Shown here piece by piece: positions 29,750-39,668 of a stretch of 39,668 bases of DNA (position 1 is its first letter; every line of letters starts with the position of its first letter). The stretch lies in NCBI GenBank assembly GCA_046331705.1, contig JAXLQJ010000066.1, positions 1 through 39,668 on the forward strand, in the 5' to 3' direction. The notes below the pieces were generated by a model. That model was not told the DNA's origin. It did no database searches and was given only the letters and a program-made list of their open reading frames with translations. The stretch is from a bacterium (GTDB lineage Bacteria; JADJOY01). The position numbers and the translations under genes were made by a program.

Positions 29750-30902
29750 CTTGGTCGAGCCGGCGCGCGCGTGGCGCGTGGGCTCCACCGATCGATTGGG
29801 CACGGCCCACGGGAAGTGGGCCACCACGCCTCCCGACGACCTGCGGGGTGAGCTCGAAGAAGAGCTCGTTGGTGCGCACGAACGCGTTCAAGAACGCGGG
29901 CGAGATGGCGAGCTGACTCGAGTAGCGGTCGAGCGCCGCGCGCTTCTGGCCGCGCTGCGAATCGTCGAGGGCCAGGCTCCTCACCGTCACTTCGCGCCGG
30001 AATCTTGGGCGGCGGCGGCTCGATGGACGTGGAGGTGAGCTCGCCAGGGCTCGGGTTCCACTCCATCCAGCCCGACGGCCAGTTCGGCCAGTGGACCAGA
30101 TACGCGAGCAGTCGCGGGCTCGCGGGTGTGGTGGTTCGCGCGGCCGCTCAGGCGCTGCCAATCCTCGAGCGCCAGCAGGGTGAAGATCCCCGCGCGGAAC
30201 AGTCGGGATGGATGTCCACGGGATCCGGCAGCGCCACCACGGTGGTGCGTCTCGCGCAGGATCGCGTCCAGCTCCGCGCCTTGCGGTGCTGGCGCCGCTG
30301 TAGAGGAAGGCGTGGATCGCGCGCTTCGTCGTAGGGTGGGTCCGCGGCGCCGGTCGTCCTGGGACCGCTCCGGTTTCGAACGCGGCCAATGATCGTCGAG
30401 AAGGCCCTTGAGACCGCCGTCGAGAAGCCGAGCAGCTCGACGTCGATGCGGCCGCCGCCCAGGGTCTCGCGGCGCTCGCCTCCGCCTCGCCGATGCGGCG
30501 CTCGCCGTACGCGACGTACTCGTGCGGTTGCGGCGGGGTCTCCGGGAATGACCGTCGAACCGCGTCCTGATAGCCGTCGCCGGCGGTCACCAGCACCACG
30601 CGAACGCTGCCGCCGCTGGCGAGCGTGCTGGATCAGCCCTGCGGTGGCGATCGTCTGTCGTGGATGGGCGCCACCACCAGCAGACGTTCGCCATTGCCGA
30701 GAGCGAGTGGCGCCAGCGCATCGGCGCTCGCCGAGCGGGCGGCCAGCGTGACGGCGAGGCACGCGGCGATGGCGACCAGGACGCCGGCGCGGCGAGGCGA
30801 AGGGGACCGCGAGCGGTAACCGCCACGCGCGCGGCCGCAGGTCTCGGGGAGATCGTTGGTTCGGGTGCGCTCGGGGCTCGCGCGAATGGAACCAAGCAGC
30901 AT
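29750..30902 (-). pseudogene. PIG-L/LmbE-family deacetylase, frameshifted; ends approximate
   Basis: Fragments ERLLVVAP(H), TIATAGLIQ, VLVTAGDGY, LPDPVDIHPD, KRAALDRYSSQL..FL.AFVRTNELF. Confidence 0.7.
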
Positions 30903-31005
30903 AACGGCTCGGCGAGCTCGGATCGAAGGCCTCGCTTCGTTTCGACGGTGACGGTTGATCGGCTGCCCGGGGCCGGGGCAAAGTCGCGCACAGGCGGAGG
31001 AACGT

Positions 31006-33035
31006 GTGAAGACGACGAGCGAGGTCACGGTTACGGTCGCAGCGCGGAAGCGGCGAGCCGTCGCGGCGTTGTCGATGCTGGTCGGTCTGGTCGGGGCGCT
31101 GGCGGCGGGCTGCGGCTCGGACGACGCGTCCACGACCTCCGCCAGCGGTACGGAGATCTGTTCGACGTGGCGGCGGCCCTCGAGGGCAGCGCGGGCTTCT
31201 TCGATTTCCCGTGGCCGAGCGATGTGCGGCTTCGCGAGGACGGTCGCATCGATCTCTCCGGGTTTCCGCTGCCCGCCGGTCCGCCGAGCTTGCGCGAGTT
31301 CATCGGGGCCTACCTCGGCCGGATCGCCGATCACACGTACGGCTTCGGCGCAATCACGGCGCGTTCTTCCGTTCGAGCGGCAACCTCGATCCGGCGACGT
31401 TGCCGTTCGGCGCGGCGGCCCGCTCCCTCGACGCGTCCATCTTCTTGCTCGACGTCGATCCGCGCTCGCCCTCGCGCGGCGAGCGCGTCACGTGGTGGTC
31501 TCGTACCAGTACGACGCCGCGATCTACGGACTACCAATCTGCTGGCCATCTCGCCGCTGCTCGGCTTTCCTGCGTCCCGGCAACCGCTATGCGTTCGTCG
31601 TCACCAGCGCGGTGAAGGATGCCGCGGGCCGCCCGCTGGCGCCGGCGCCGACGTTCTCCCGGGTGCGCGACGGGGCGCGCAACGGCGGCGAGCGCTCAAG
31701 CGGCTCGTGGAGGGCTTCATCGGCCGCTCTGGGAAACGCTGGAGTCGAGCGGCGGGCCGGCTCCGCGGGTGGTGGCCGCCGCGGTCTTCACCACCCGCGA
31801 CGTGGTCGGCGAGATCTTTCCGGATTGCGGGTGGATGCGCCAACGTGACGGTCGAGCCGCCCAGCGAGCTCGCGTTCAAGAAGGACGCCGGACTACGAGT
31901 TCGTGGGCCTGCTACGCGAGCACAGCTTCCAGACCGGCACGCGCCCTATACCAGCGGCGGCGAGATCCTCTTCGACGCCGAGGCGATCGATCGTCCAGCG
32001 CACCGAGAGCCTGCGCTTCTCGCTCACCATTGCCGAGGCGCGCCGCCGGCGAGCGGCTGGCCGGTGGTGGTCTACGCCCGCGGCACCGGGAGGGCGACTA
32101 CGAAGGCCTGGTGCGTCGCGAGGCGATCGCCTCGCGGCGAACGACTCGCCGCCATCGGCATCGACCAGCCGATCCACGGCGAGCGCGTGCCCGGCGGCGA
32201 CGACTGGTCAGTCGCGCTTCTTCTTCAACGCTACCTCAACCCCGGTCGCGGCGCGCGACAACTTGCGCCAGTCCGCCGCGGACAACGTCCAGCAGCTGCG
32301 TTTCGTGCGCCGGCTGGTGATCTCCATCCCGAAGGCACCGAGACCCGCTTCGATGCGAGCAGGTAGGTATTTCATGGAACGCCGCAGGGCGGCACCGAGG
32401 GGCCGCTCTTCGTCGGCGCCGAGGACCAGATCGGCGCGGTGTTGAGCGGCTCGGGCGGCGGGCTGCGCCTCACGCTGCTCCAGAAGACGCTGCCGGTGCC
32501 AGTGGTGTTCCTGGTCGAGGCGCTGGCGGGTGCGCTCGGCACGCACCGGGCTCGATCGCTTCCATCCGCTGACGCAAGCTGCTGCGGCTCTTCATCGAGG
32601 AAGGCGACCCGCTCAACTACGCGCCCTATTACGCGCGCTACTCGCGCGGCGCGCCGCCTCGGTGTTCATGCTCGAGGGGCTGCTCGGGCTGGGTGCCGTA
32701 CACCGCCATCGGTGCCCACGCCCTCGCCGGCGGGCGCCGATCGTGGAGTCGGGTGTGGAAGCCGATCCGACGGCATGGATCTCGCCGGTCTCTCGCGCCA
32801 CTCACGCCGCCGGTGCGCGACCTTGTGCGTTCAGACCGACGGCACGCGCGTCACGCTCGGCCTCGTCCAGTACCCGAAGGACGGTCACTACACGCTCTTC
32901 GACAACCCCGAGGGCACCTACCAGTACGGCCACTTCCTCGGATCGTGCGCGCGGACGATCCCGATCCCCCGCGCCGCCGTGGTCGCAGCGCCTGAGCCGC
33001 GGCGCCGGCCGGCTGCGCCTGCTTCGCCCTTCTGA
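31006..33035 (+). pseudogene. Lipoprotein alpha/beta-hydrolase of myxobacterial type, frameshifted
   Basis: Lipobox LAAGC; fragments FFDFPWPSDVR, GWPVVVYA, IGIDQPIHGER, RDNLRQSAAD, VLSGSGGG, QYPKDGHY. Confidence 0.65.
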
Positions 33036-33103
33036 GCCTTCCCGATCACGACTACGCTCAGCAGCTGCGCGGGGCGACGCGCGAGGCCCATTCCGCGAAC
33101 CGC

Positions 33104-33837
33104 GATCGATCCTCGACCGTACCTCCAGCCGACCTACTTTCTCGACATGGCTGCCGTCGCTTCGCCTTCGCGACCGCGGCGATCGGCGACGCGGCGGACG
33201 AGCGCGCGAAGGCGGTCCGGCTCTTCTGCGCGGTGCGCGACGGCGTGCGCTACGACCCCTACAGCGCCGACCTCTCGGCGAAGGTCGTTTCCGCGCCAGC
33301 AACGTGCTCGCCCGCGGCAGCGCTTGCGATGCCCAAGGCGATCGCGCTGGCCGCGTGCGCGCGCCGTCGGCATACCCGCGCGGCTCGGGTTCGCCGGACG
33401 TCCGCGATCACCTCGCCACCGAGAAGCTGCGGGAGCGGATGGGGACCGACGTGTTCGCGTTCCACGGCTACGTCGAGCTGTGGCTCGGCAGGCGCTGGGT
33501 GAGCGCCCACCTTCAATCTCTCGCTGTGCGAGAAGTTCCGGTGAAACCGCTCGATTTCGACGGCGAGCACGACGCGCTCTTCCATCCCTTCGACCGCGAC
33601 GGCCAGCAGCACATGGAATACCTGCGCTACCGCGGCGAGCACGCGGACTTCCCCATCGACGAGATGCTTTCGGTGTGGCGGGAGATCTACCCCTACATGT
33701 TCGGCGAGTCGGTGAGCGCCACGCACGCCGCGGCGCGCATGGCTGGCGGTGATTTCGAGTCCGAGGCCGCCGCCGAGAGTGGAGTCGAGACGGACGCGGC
33801 GGCGCGGGCCGAGTCGCCGCGCGGGAGCGCGAACTGA
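33104..33837 (+). pseudogene. Transglutaminase-like protein, frameshifted; start approximate
   Basis: Fragments VRDGVRYDPY, PKAIALAACAR, GIPARLGFA, DVRDHLATEKL..GTDVFAFHGYVELWL, PLDFDG..ALFHPFD..G..HMEYL. Confidence 0.85.
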
Positions 33838-35288
33838 TGGCACTCGATCCGCTGATCCGGCTCTCCGGCGCGGAGCTCGCGGCGCGCATTCGCACGCGCG
33901 AGCTTTCCTCGCTGGAGGCGGTGGACGCGCACATCGCCCAGATCCAGCGCGTGAACCCACGCCTCAACGCGATGGTCGCCGAGCGATTCGCCGCCGCGCG
34001 CGAGGAAGCGCGCCGCGCCGACGCGGTGCTCGCGGCCACCGCCGATCCGGCCGAGCTTCCGCCGTTTCACGGGGTGCCGTGCTCCATCAAGGAATGCTTC
34101 GCGCTCACCGGGATGCCGCAGACGTCCGGCTTGGTCTCGCGCCGCGGCTTCGTGGCGCCGAGCGACGCCACCGCCGTCGCCCGGCTGCGCGCGGCGGGGG
34201 CGATCCCGCTCGGCGTCACCAACGTCTCCGAGCTCTGCATGTGGATGGAGTCGAACAACCGCGTCTACGGCCGCTCCAACAACCCGTACGATCCGCGCCG
34301 CACGGTGGGCGGTAGCTCGGGGGGCGAGGGTGCGATCGTGGGCGCGGGCGGAGCGCCGTTCGGCCTCGGCTCCGACGTGGGCGGGTCGATTCGCATGCCC
34401 GCGTTCTTCAACGGCGTCTTCGGTCACAAGCCCACCGGCGGGCTCATCCCCAACTCGGGCCAGTTCCCGATGCCGACCGGCGACGTGCGTCGCTACTGCA
34501 CCACCGGGCCGCTGGCGCGTCGCGCCGAGGACCTCATGCCCCTGGTGCGCATCCTCGCCGGACCGGACGGCATCGACGGCGGGTGCATCGCTCGCACGCT
34601 CGGCGATCCCGCCAGCGTGCGGCTCGAGGGTCTACGGGTGGTGAGCATCGAGGACAACGGGCTCATCCCGGTGAGCAACGATCTGCGCCAAGCGCAGCGC
34701 CGCGTGGCCGAAGCGCTCGCGGCGCGCGGCGCGCGCGTGGAGTGGGAGCACGTGCCGCGCCTCAAGCAATCGCTCGAGATCTGGTCGGCGATGCTCGCGA
34801 CGGGTGGCGCCGACGACTTCGCGGCGTTGCTCGGCGACGGGACACCGGTGAATGCGTGGAAGGAGCTGGCCAAGTGGTCGTTCGGCCGCTCGAACCACAC
34901 GCTGCCGGCGATCGTGCTCGCGCTGCTCGAGAAGGTGCCCAAATGGACGCCGGGGCGGACACAGCGTCTCGCGGCGCTCGGTGCCGAGCTACGCGCTCAG
35001 CTCGTCGATCTCATCGGGCCGCGCGGGGTGCTGCTCTATCCGCCCTACGCGAGCGTCGCGCCGCGGCACGCGTTTCCGCTGGTGCCGCCGATTTGCTGGG
35101 CCTACACCGCGATCCTCAACGTCATGGAGCTGCCCGTCACGCAGGTGCCGCTCGGCCTCGACGCCAACGGCGTGCCGTTGGGCGTGCAGGTGGCCGCGGT
35201 CCACGGCAACGACCACCTCACCATCGGCGTCGCGTGCGAGCTGGAACGGATCTTCGGCGGGTGGGTGGTGCCGTCGCTCGCCGCCTGA
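33837..35288 (+). CDS. Amidase signature family protein (fatty acid amide hydrolase-like)
   Basis: HGVPCSIKE, GGSSGGEGA, GLGSDVGGSIRMPA, GHKPT. Confidence 0.95.
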   Translation: MALDPLIRLSGAELAARIRTRELSSLEAVDAHIAQIQRVNPRLNAMVAERFAAAREEARRADAVLAATADPAELPPFHGVPCSIKECFALTGMPQTSGLVSRRGFVAPSDATAVARLRAAGAIPLGVTNVSELCMWMESNNRVYGRSNNPYDPRRTVGGSSGGEGAIVGAGGAPFGLGSDVGGSIRMPAFFNGVFGHKPTGGLIPNSGQFPMPTGDVRRYCTTGPLARRAEDLMPLVRILAGPDGIDGGCIARTLGDPASVRLEGLRVVSIEDNGLIPVSNDLRQAQRRVAEALAARGARVEWEHVPRLKQSLEIWSAMLATGGADDFAALLGDGTPVNAWKELAKWSFGRSNHTLPAIVLALLEKVPKWTPGRTQRLAALGAELRAQLVDLIGPRGVLLYPPYASVAPRHAFPLVPPICWAYTAILNVMELPVTQVPLGLDANGVPLGVQVAAVHGNDHLTIGVACELERIFGGWVVPSLAA

Positions 35289-35553
35289 TCCCTCGGGCAG
35301 GCGTCCCGGGCGGACGTTCCAAAGCGTCCCGCCAAATGTCCCACCCTCGGTCAAGAAGCCCCGACGGGCCGAGACGATTCGTCAGCAATGTGCCACTTAG
35401 CGCGGGCCGATTCGGCCCGGCCTCGAGAAAGGCCAATGGTTTTGCGACGCACATTCTCGGCGCCCGAAGCGCTAGCCGGGCGCGCGTCTTGCTTTAGTCC
35501 CGATCGAGCCGCCGACCGGCAGGGGTCGGGCGGGCTCGAAAGGCGGCTTGGGA

Positions 35554-35814
35554 ATGATCGTCGAATGCGCCTGGTGCGGCGCCCTCCTGGGACAGAAGGA
35601 GCCCCTGCTCGATACCCGGCCCACGTCGGGAATCTGCGACGAGTGCGTCGAGCAGCTCGAGTCGGGACAGGTCTGTGCAGCGCCCCGGCTTCGCTCCCCA
35701 TCGCCCCGAATTCGCGCGCTCCGGCGCGCTGGCCCTTTCGAGCTGGGCTCACCGGCGCTCATGGGCATCCACGAGCTACCCACGGTCCGCGTGCGCCGCT
35801 CCCACCGACACTGA
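35554..35814 (+). CDS. Small Cys-rich putative Zn-binding protein
   Basis: CAWC ... TSGICDEC four-cysteine motif in the N-terminal half. Confidence 0.55.
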   Translation: MIVECAWCGALLGQKEPLLDTRPTSGICDECVEQLESGQVCAAPRLRSPSPRIRALRRAGPFELGSPALMGIHELPTVRVRRSHRH

Positions 35815-36006
35815 CCCCTCGCGGCGGCTCGCGCGCCGCCGCGCCTTCCCGCGTGCCTCTCGGCCGGTGGGATCCTCCATCCTTCGGCGGGCCGCGCGCC
35901 CGGTCGCGGGCTTCGGCCCTCGGCTGCGTTTGCCGTTCGGCGTCGCGACGCGCTAGGTGAAGCACGCGTCTCGCGGCACGCCCCGCGCGCGCCGCGGGAT
36001 TCCTCC

Positions 36007-36840
36007 ATGACCGATCTCTTCACCGGAACGTGGGCGCTCGTCACGGGCGCGTCGTCGGGGCTCGGCGTCGAGTTCGCGCGCCAGCTCGCGGCGCGCCGCA
36101 CGAATCTGGTGCTCACGGCGCGGTCGCACGCCGAGCTCGAGCGGCTCGCTGCAGAGCTTGCCGGGCGACACGGCATCTCGACGCACGTGGTCGTGGAAGA
36201 CCTGGGAGTCGTGGGCGGAGCCGCGCGGCTCGCGGCGGCGGTGGACGCGCTCGGCATCCCGATCGAGCACCTCGTGAACAACGCCGGCTTCGGAGCGATG
36301 ACCCGCTTCACGCGCAGCTCGCTCGAGCGCCAGACCGAGATGGTGCGTCTCAACTGCGAGACCGTGTTGGTGCTGACCTGGCATTTCCTGCCCAAGATGG
36401 TCGAGCGCGGCCACGGCGGCGTGATCCAGGTTTCGTCCACGGCCGGGCATCAGCCGGCCCCCTTCTTCACCACCTACGGCGCCACCAAGGCGTTCGTGTT
36501 GAGCTTCGCCTCTGCGCTCGCCGGTGAGCTGCGCGGCAGCGGAGTGCGCATGCTGGCGTTCTGCCCCGGCCCGGTGCAGACGGGCTTCCAGAAGGCCGCC
36601 GGACTGCCCGTGCCGGATCTCAATCGCGGTGGCTTGCGGGCGCGCGTGTCGCTGCTGAACGCGGCGGAGGCGGTGCGGCGTGGGCTCGTCGCCTACGAGC
36701 GCGGACGAGACGTGTGCGTTCCCGGCGTGGTGAATCGGGTGATGACCCTGGCCGCGAAGCACGCCCCGCGGGCGTGGATCGTGGATGCTGCGGCGCGCTC
36801 GCTCTCGCGCGGCGGCGACGCGCGGAGGCCGAGCCGATGA
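36007..36840 (+). CDS. Short-chain dehydrogenase/reductase
   Basis: VTGASSGLG, LVNNAGFG, YGATKAFV, CPGPVQT. Confidence 0.94.
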   Translation: MTDLFTGTWALVTGASSGLGVEFARQLAARRTNLVLTARSHAELERLAAELAGRHGISTHVVVEDLGVVGGAARLAAAVDALGIPIEHLVNNAGFGAMTRFTRSSLERQTEMVRLNCETVLVLTWHFLPKMVERGHGGVIQVSSTAGHQPAPFFTTYGATKAFVLSFASALAGELRGSGVRMLAFCPGPVQTGFQKAAGLPVPDLNRGGLRARVSLLNAAEAVRRGLVAYERGRDVCVPGVVNRVMTLAAKHAPRAWIVDAAARSLSRGGDARRPSR

Positions 36841-38066
36841 ACGCTGTGGAGACGATCGCCACGGGCTTCGCGTCCAACTGGGGTCTCGAACCGGGGCTCA
36901 CCTTCCTCAACCACGGCTCGTTCGGCGCTTGCCCCAAGGCGGTGCTCGCGGTGCAGGCCGAGTTTCGTGCGCGGCTCGAGCGCGATCCGGCGCGCTTCAT
37001 GGCCCGCGACTTCGAGGATCTCGTCGACGAGGCGCGCGCCGTGCTGGCGGCGTTTCTGGGCGCCGACGAGGAGGACCTCGCCTTCCTGCACAACGCCACC
37101 ACCGCCGTGAGCACGGTGTTGCGCTCGATCTCGTGGCACGCGGGCGACGAGATCCTCATCACGGACAACGCCTACAACGCGTGCGCGAACGCGGCGCGGG
37201 AGATCGCGGGTACCGCTGGCGCGCACGTGGCGGTGGCTTCGATCCCGTTCCCGGGAACCACCGCCGACGCGGTGATGGACGCGGTGCTGAGCCGGGTGAC
37301 GCCGCGCACGCGCCTCGCGCTCCTCGATCACATCACCAGCCCCACGGCGCTGGTGTTGCCGATCGAGCGGCTGATCCGCGAGCTCGCGGCGCGCGGTGTC
37401 GACACGTTCGTCGACGGCGCGCACGCGCCGGGGCAGGTGCCGCTCGACCTCGGCACGCTCGGTGCCGCGTACTACACGGGCAACTGCCACAAATGGCTGT
37501 GCGCGCCCAAGGGCGCGGGCTTCCTGTGGGTGGAGCGCAGCCGCCAAGCGACCCTCCGACCGCTGGTGGTGAGTCACGGCGCCAACTCGCCGCGCACCGA
37601 TCGCAGTCGGTTCCGGCTCGAGTTCGACTGGCTCGGCACCGACGATCCCACGGCGTTTCTGGCGGTCCCCGCCGCGCTGAAGTTTCTGGGCTCGCTGGTC
37701 GCGGGCGGTTGGCCCGCGCTTCGTGCGCGCAATCACGCGTTGGTCGTCGAGGGTCGCCGGGTGCTCTGCGAGGCACTGGCCGTGGACTCGCCGTGCGACG
37801 AAGCCCTTCTGGGCTCGATGGCGTCGATCCCGCTTCCCGACGCGCGCGGGCCGCGCCAGCTGCATTCGTGGGGCTGGGACCCGTTGCAGGAGCGGCTGCG
37901 CGACGACGACCGGATCGACACGATCGTGAACAACTGGCCCGCGTGGCCCAAGCGCTTGCTGCGGCTCTCGGCGCAGCTCTACAACGAGCCCGCCGACTAC
38001 GCGCGGCTCGCGACGGCGTTGGTCGCCCAGCTTCGGCGCGAATCGGCCGACGCCCCCAGCTCGTGA
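36837..38066 (+). CDS. Class V PLP aminotransferase (isopenicillin N epimerase / C-S lyase-like)
   Basis: FLNHGSFGACP, NATTAV, DHITSPTALVLP, VDGAHAPG, GNCHKWLCAPKG, GTDDP, RLSAQLYN; ATGA overlap with the SDR. Confidence 0.92.
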   Translation: MNAVETIATGFASNWGLEPGLTFLNHGSFGACPKAVLAVQAEFRARLERDPARFMARDFEDLVDEARAVLAAFLGADEEDLAFLHNATTAVSTVLRSISWHAGDEILITDNAYNACANAAREIAGTAGAHVAVASIPFPGTTADAVMDAVLSRVTPRTRLALLDHITSPTALVLPIERLIRELAARGVDTFVDGAHAPGQVPLDLGTLGAAYYTGNCHKWLCAPKGAGFLWVERSRQATLRPLVVSHGANSPRTDRSRFRLEFDWLGTDDPTAFLAVPAALKFLGSLVAGGWPALRARNHALVVEGRRVLCEALAVDSPCDEALLGSMASIPLPDARGPRQLHSWGWDPLQERLRDDDRIDTIVNNWPAWPKRLLRLSAQLYNEPADYARLATALVAQLRRESADAPSS

Positions 38067-38142
38067 CCCCGTCGCGGCGAACCCGCCCGCAGCAGCGGCT
38101 CCAGCGCTGCGCTCCGTCGCATCCCCAGGCCGTTCTTCGCGA

Positions 38143-39042
38143 ATGACCGTGGCGGACGATTCCGCACCGCCGAGGGGCTTCGCGCCTGCCGGCGGCATCG
38201 TCCGCCAGCCACGCCGTCCCGCCGGTTGGGTGGCACCTGGACCGAGGCCCGCTGGCGCGGGCGACCGCCCCGACGGCTGGCCCGCCGCGGACGAAGACCT
38301 CTGCCATCTGTGCGGCGACTGGCGGATCTTCCAGAAGCTCCGTGGCCATCGCTTCAGCCTGGACGATCTCGTCACCGCGTGGTTCGCGCTCGAGCACGCG
38401 GGTGAGGGCGAGGTGCGAACGGCGCTGGATCTCGGTTGCGGGTCGGGCTCGGTGTTGCTCATGGTTGCGTGGGCGCGGCCGGCGGCGCGGGTGATCGGAG
38501 TCGAGGCGCAGGACGTGAGCGTGGGACTCGCACGCCGCTCGATCGCGTGGAACGGCTGTGCCGATCGCTGCGAGGTGCGCCACGGCGATCTGCGCGATCG
38601 AGCGCTCGTCGAACCGGCTGGCGCGGGGTTCGATCTCGTGACGGGTACGCCGCCTTACATCCCGCTCGGCGACGGCGTGGTGTCCGAACGCGTGCAGCGC
38701 GGCCCCGCGTGCTTCGAGGTGCGCGGCGGCGTCGAGGACTACGCATCGGCGGCAGCGCGCTGGCTCGCGCCCCGCGGTGTGTTCACGGTCTGTCACTCGG
38801 ACGCCGCGCGCACGCTGCGCGCCGCCGCCGCGACGAACCTCGTCGTTCGCGCCCGGCGACCGGTCGTTCCCCGTGACGGCCGCGACCCGCTCTTCTGGGT
38901 GTTCGCGATGGAGCACCGTGACGTCGCAGCGCTCGACGCGCCGCCAGGGCCGCCGCTCGTGGTCCGCGATCGCGCCGGCCAGTGGACCGACGACTTCCGC
39001 GCGCTGCGCCTGTCGATGGGCATGCCCTGCTCAGCGCGCTGA
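38143..39042 (+). CDS. SAM-dependent methyltransferase (TrmN6/YfiC-like)
   Basis: IFQ...GHRFSLDD, ALDLGCGSGSV, GVEAQ, GDLR, DLVTGTPPY. Confidence 0.85.
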   Translation: MTVADDSAPPRGFAPAGGIVRQPRRPAGWVAPGPRPAGAGDRPDGWPAADEDLCHLCGDWRIFQKLRGHRFSLDDLVTAWFALEHAGEGEVRTALDLGCGSGSVLLMVAWARPAARVIGVEAQDVSVGLARRSIAWNGCADRCEVRHGDLRDRALVEPAGAGFDLVTGTPPYIPLGDGVVSERVQRGPACFEVRGGVEDYASAAARWLAPRGVFTVCHSDAARTLRAAAATNLVVRARRPVVPRDGRDPLFWVFAMEHRDVAALDAPPGPPLVVRDRAGQWTDDFRALRLSMGMPCSAR

Positions 39043-39487
39043 GCTGGGCCTCCGCGCGCTCGTGAGATCGAGCAATCGATCTCCGCTCGAGTGTCTCGCG
39101 GAGACGGGCCTCACTGCGTGGGTGTCGACAATCGCGGCGCCGCCAAGGTGAGCAACGACGACGAAAGTGGCTCCGCTGGAGCTCGCTGACTCGACTTCGT
39201 CAGCAATTCCAGCAGGGCGATCTCCGGAAATCGCGGCACCGTTCTTGCGCTTCACCGGATCGATTCCGGTTGCGCCATTGCGGCGCCGAGATGCGCTTGT
39301 CCCTGCACGGAAACGACCTCTCGCATCTCAGTTCTTGCGTTGGCGGTCGTTCATTCGCGGCCGAATCGCAGTGTCGAACGACGCTGCGAGCACCTGCGAA
39401 TCGAGCGTCGATCCGCGGCGTGGGACTTCGTGCTCGAACACGACGTGCCGAAAGCCCCGCGGTGGTCCTTGCGCAGGCGTTTCGCAT

Positions 39488-39667
39488 TCACGCGTGCCGT
39501 GCGACGCATCCGTGCAGAGTCTCTCGTCCCCGGGGTCGAGATCGCGTCGGCGTTGCCGTTCGTGAGCGTGGCGGTTTCGCGCTCGGCGGCACGACCGCGG
39601 GGTCGGACGCCGTGACGTAGACGTCGATGGCGATGGCGTCGGCCATCGCTTTCAGCCGGTTCTCGGA
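39488..39667 (-). CDS. Possible 3' end of a gene starting beyond the window
   Basis: Open frame SENRLKAMADAIAIDVYVTASDP... with host-like codons, ending TGA at 39490-39488. Confidence 0.35.
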   Translation of the reverse strand, partial: SENRLKAMADAIAIDVYVTASDPAVVPPSAKPPRSRTATPTRSRPRGRETLHGCVARHA

Positions 39668-39668
39668 C

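Noticed and set aside
35380-35400. Sigma54 promoter (TGGCAC on the minus strand)
   Set aside because: The -12 GC is not at the required spacing.

Overview
GC-rich bacterial DNA, probably Myxococcota or a related deltaproteobacterial lineage (inferred from gene types, not from a search). The left end is the boundary of an integrated element. A tyrosine integrase lies next to the 3' end of an intact tmRNA (ssrA, 956-1313, minus strand; tag ANDGSAYAIAA), and its reading frame runs through the att site into antisense tmRNA. Next is a lipid-handling neighbourhood: an Hsp70-like protein, ACBP, a lipocalin, a FadE23/24-like pair and an SDR. It is interrupted by a ~4.9 kb accessory block (4328-9206) bounded by an 8-bp direct repeat that abuts both flanking stop codons. 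The block holds an NLR-like DUF4062-NACHT-FGE-sulfatase(CLec) gene whose 3' end resembles a diversity-generating retroelement (DGR) target. It also holds higBA, vapBC and four GGAG-footed REP-like hairpins. The rest is mostly metabolic and envelope genes: acyltransferase, radical SAM, ATPase-less PilB/GspE-like protein, GGT, DUF3604, tandem glutaredoxin, PaaX, SGNH, ThiO, PilZ, amidase, SDR, class V aminotransferase and a methyltransferase. From ~26.4 to 33.6 kb every gene, including uvrA, is repeatedly frameshifted, most likely from assembly indels. All calls come from motif recognition only; no database searches were run.
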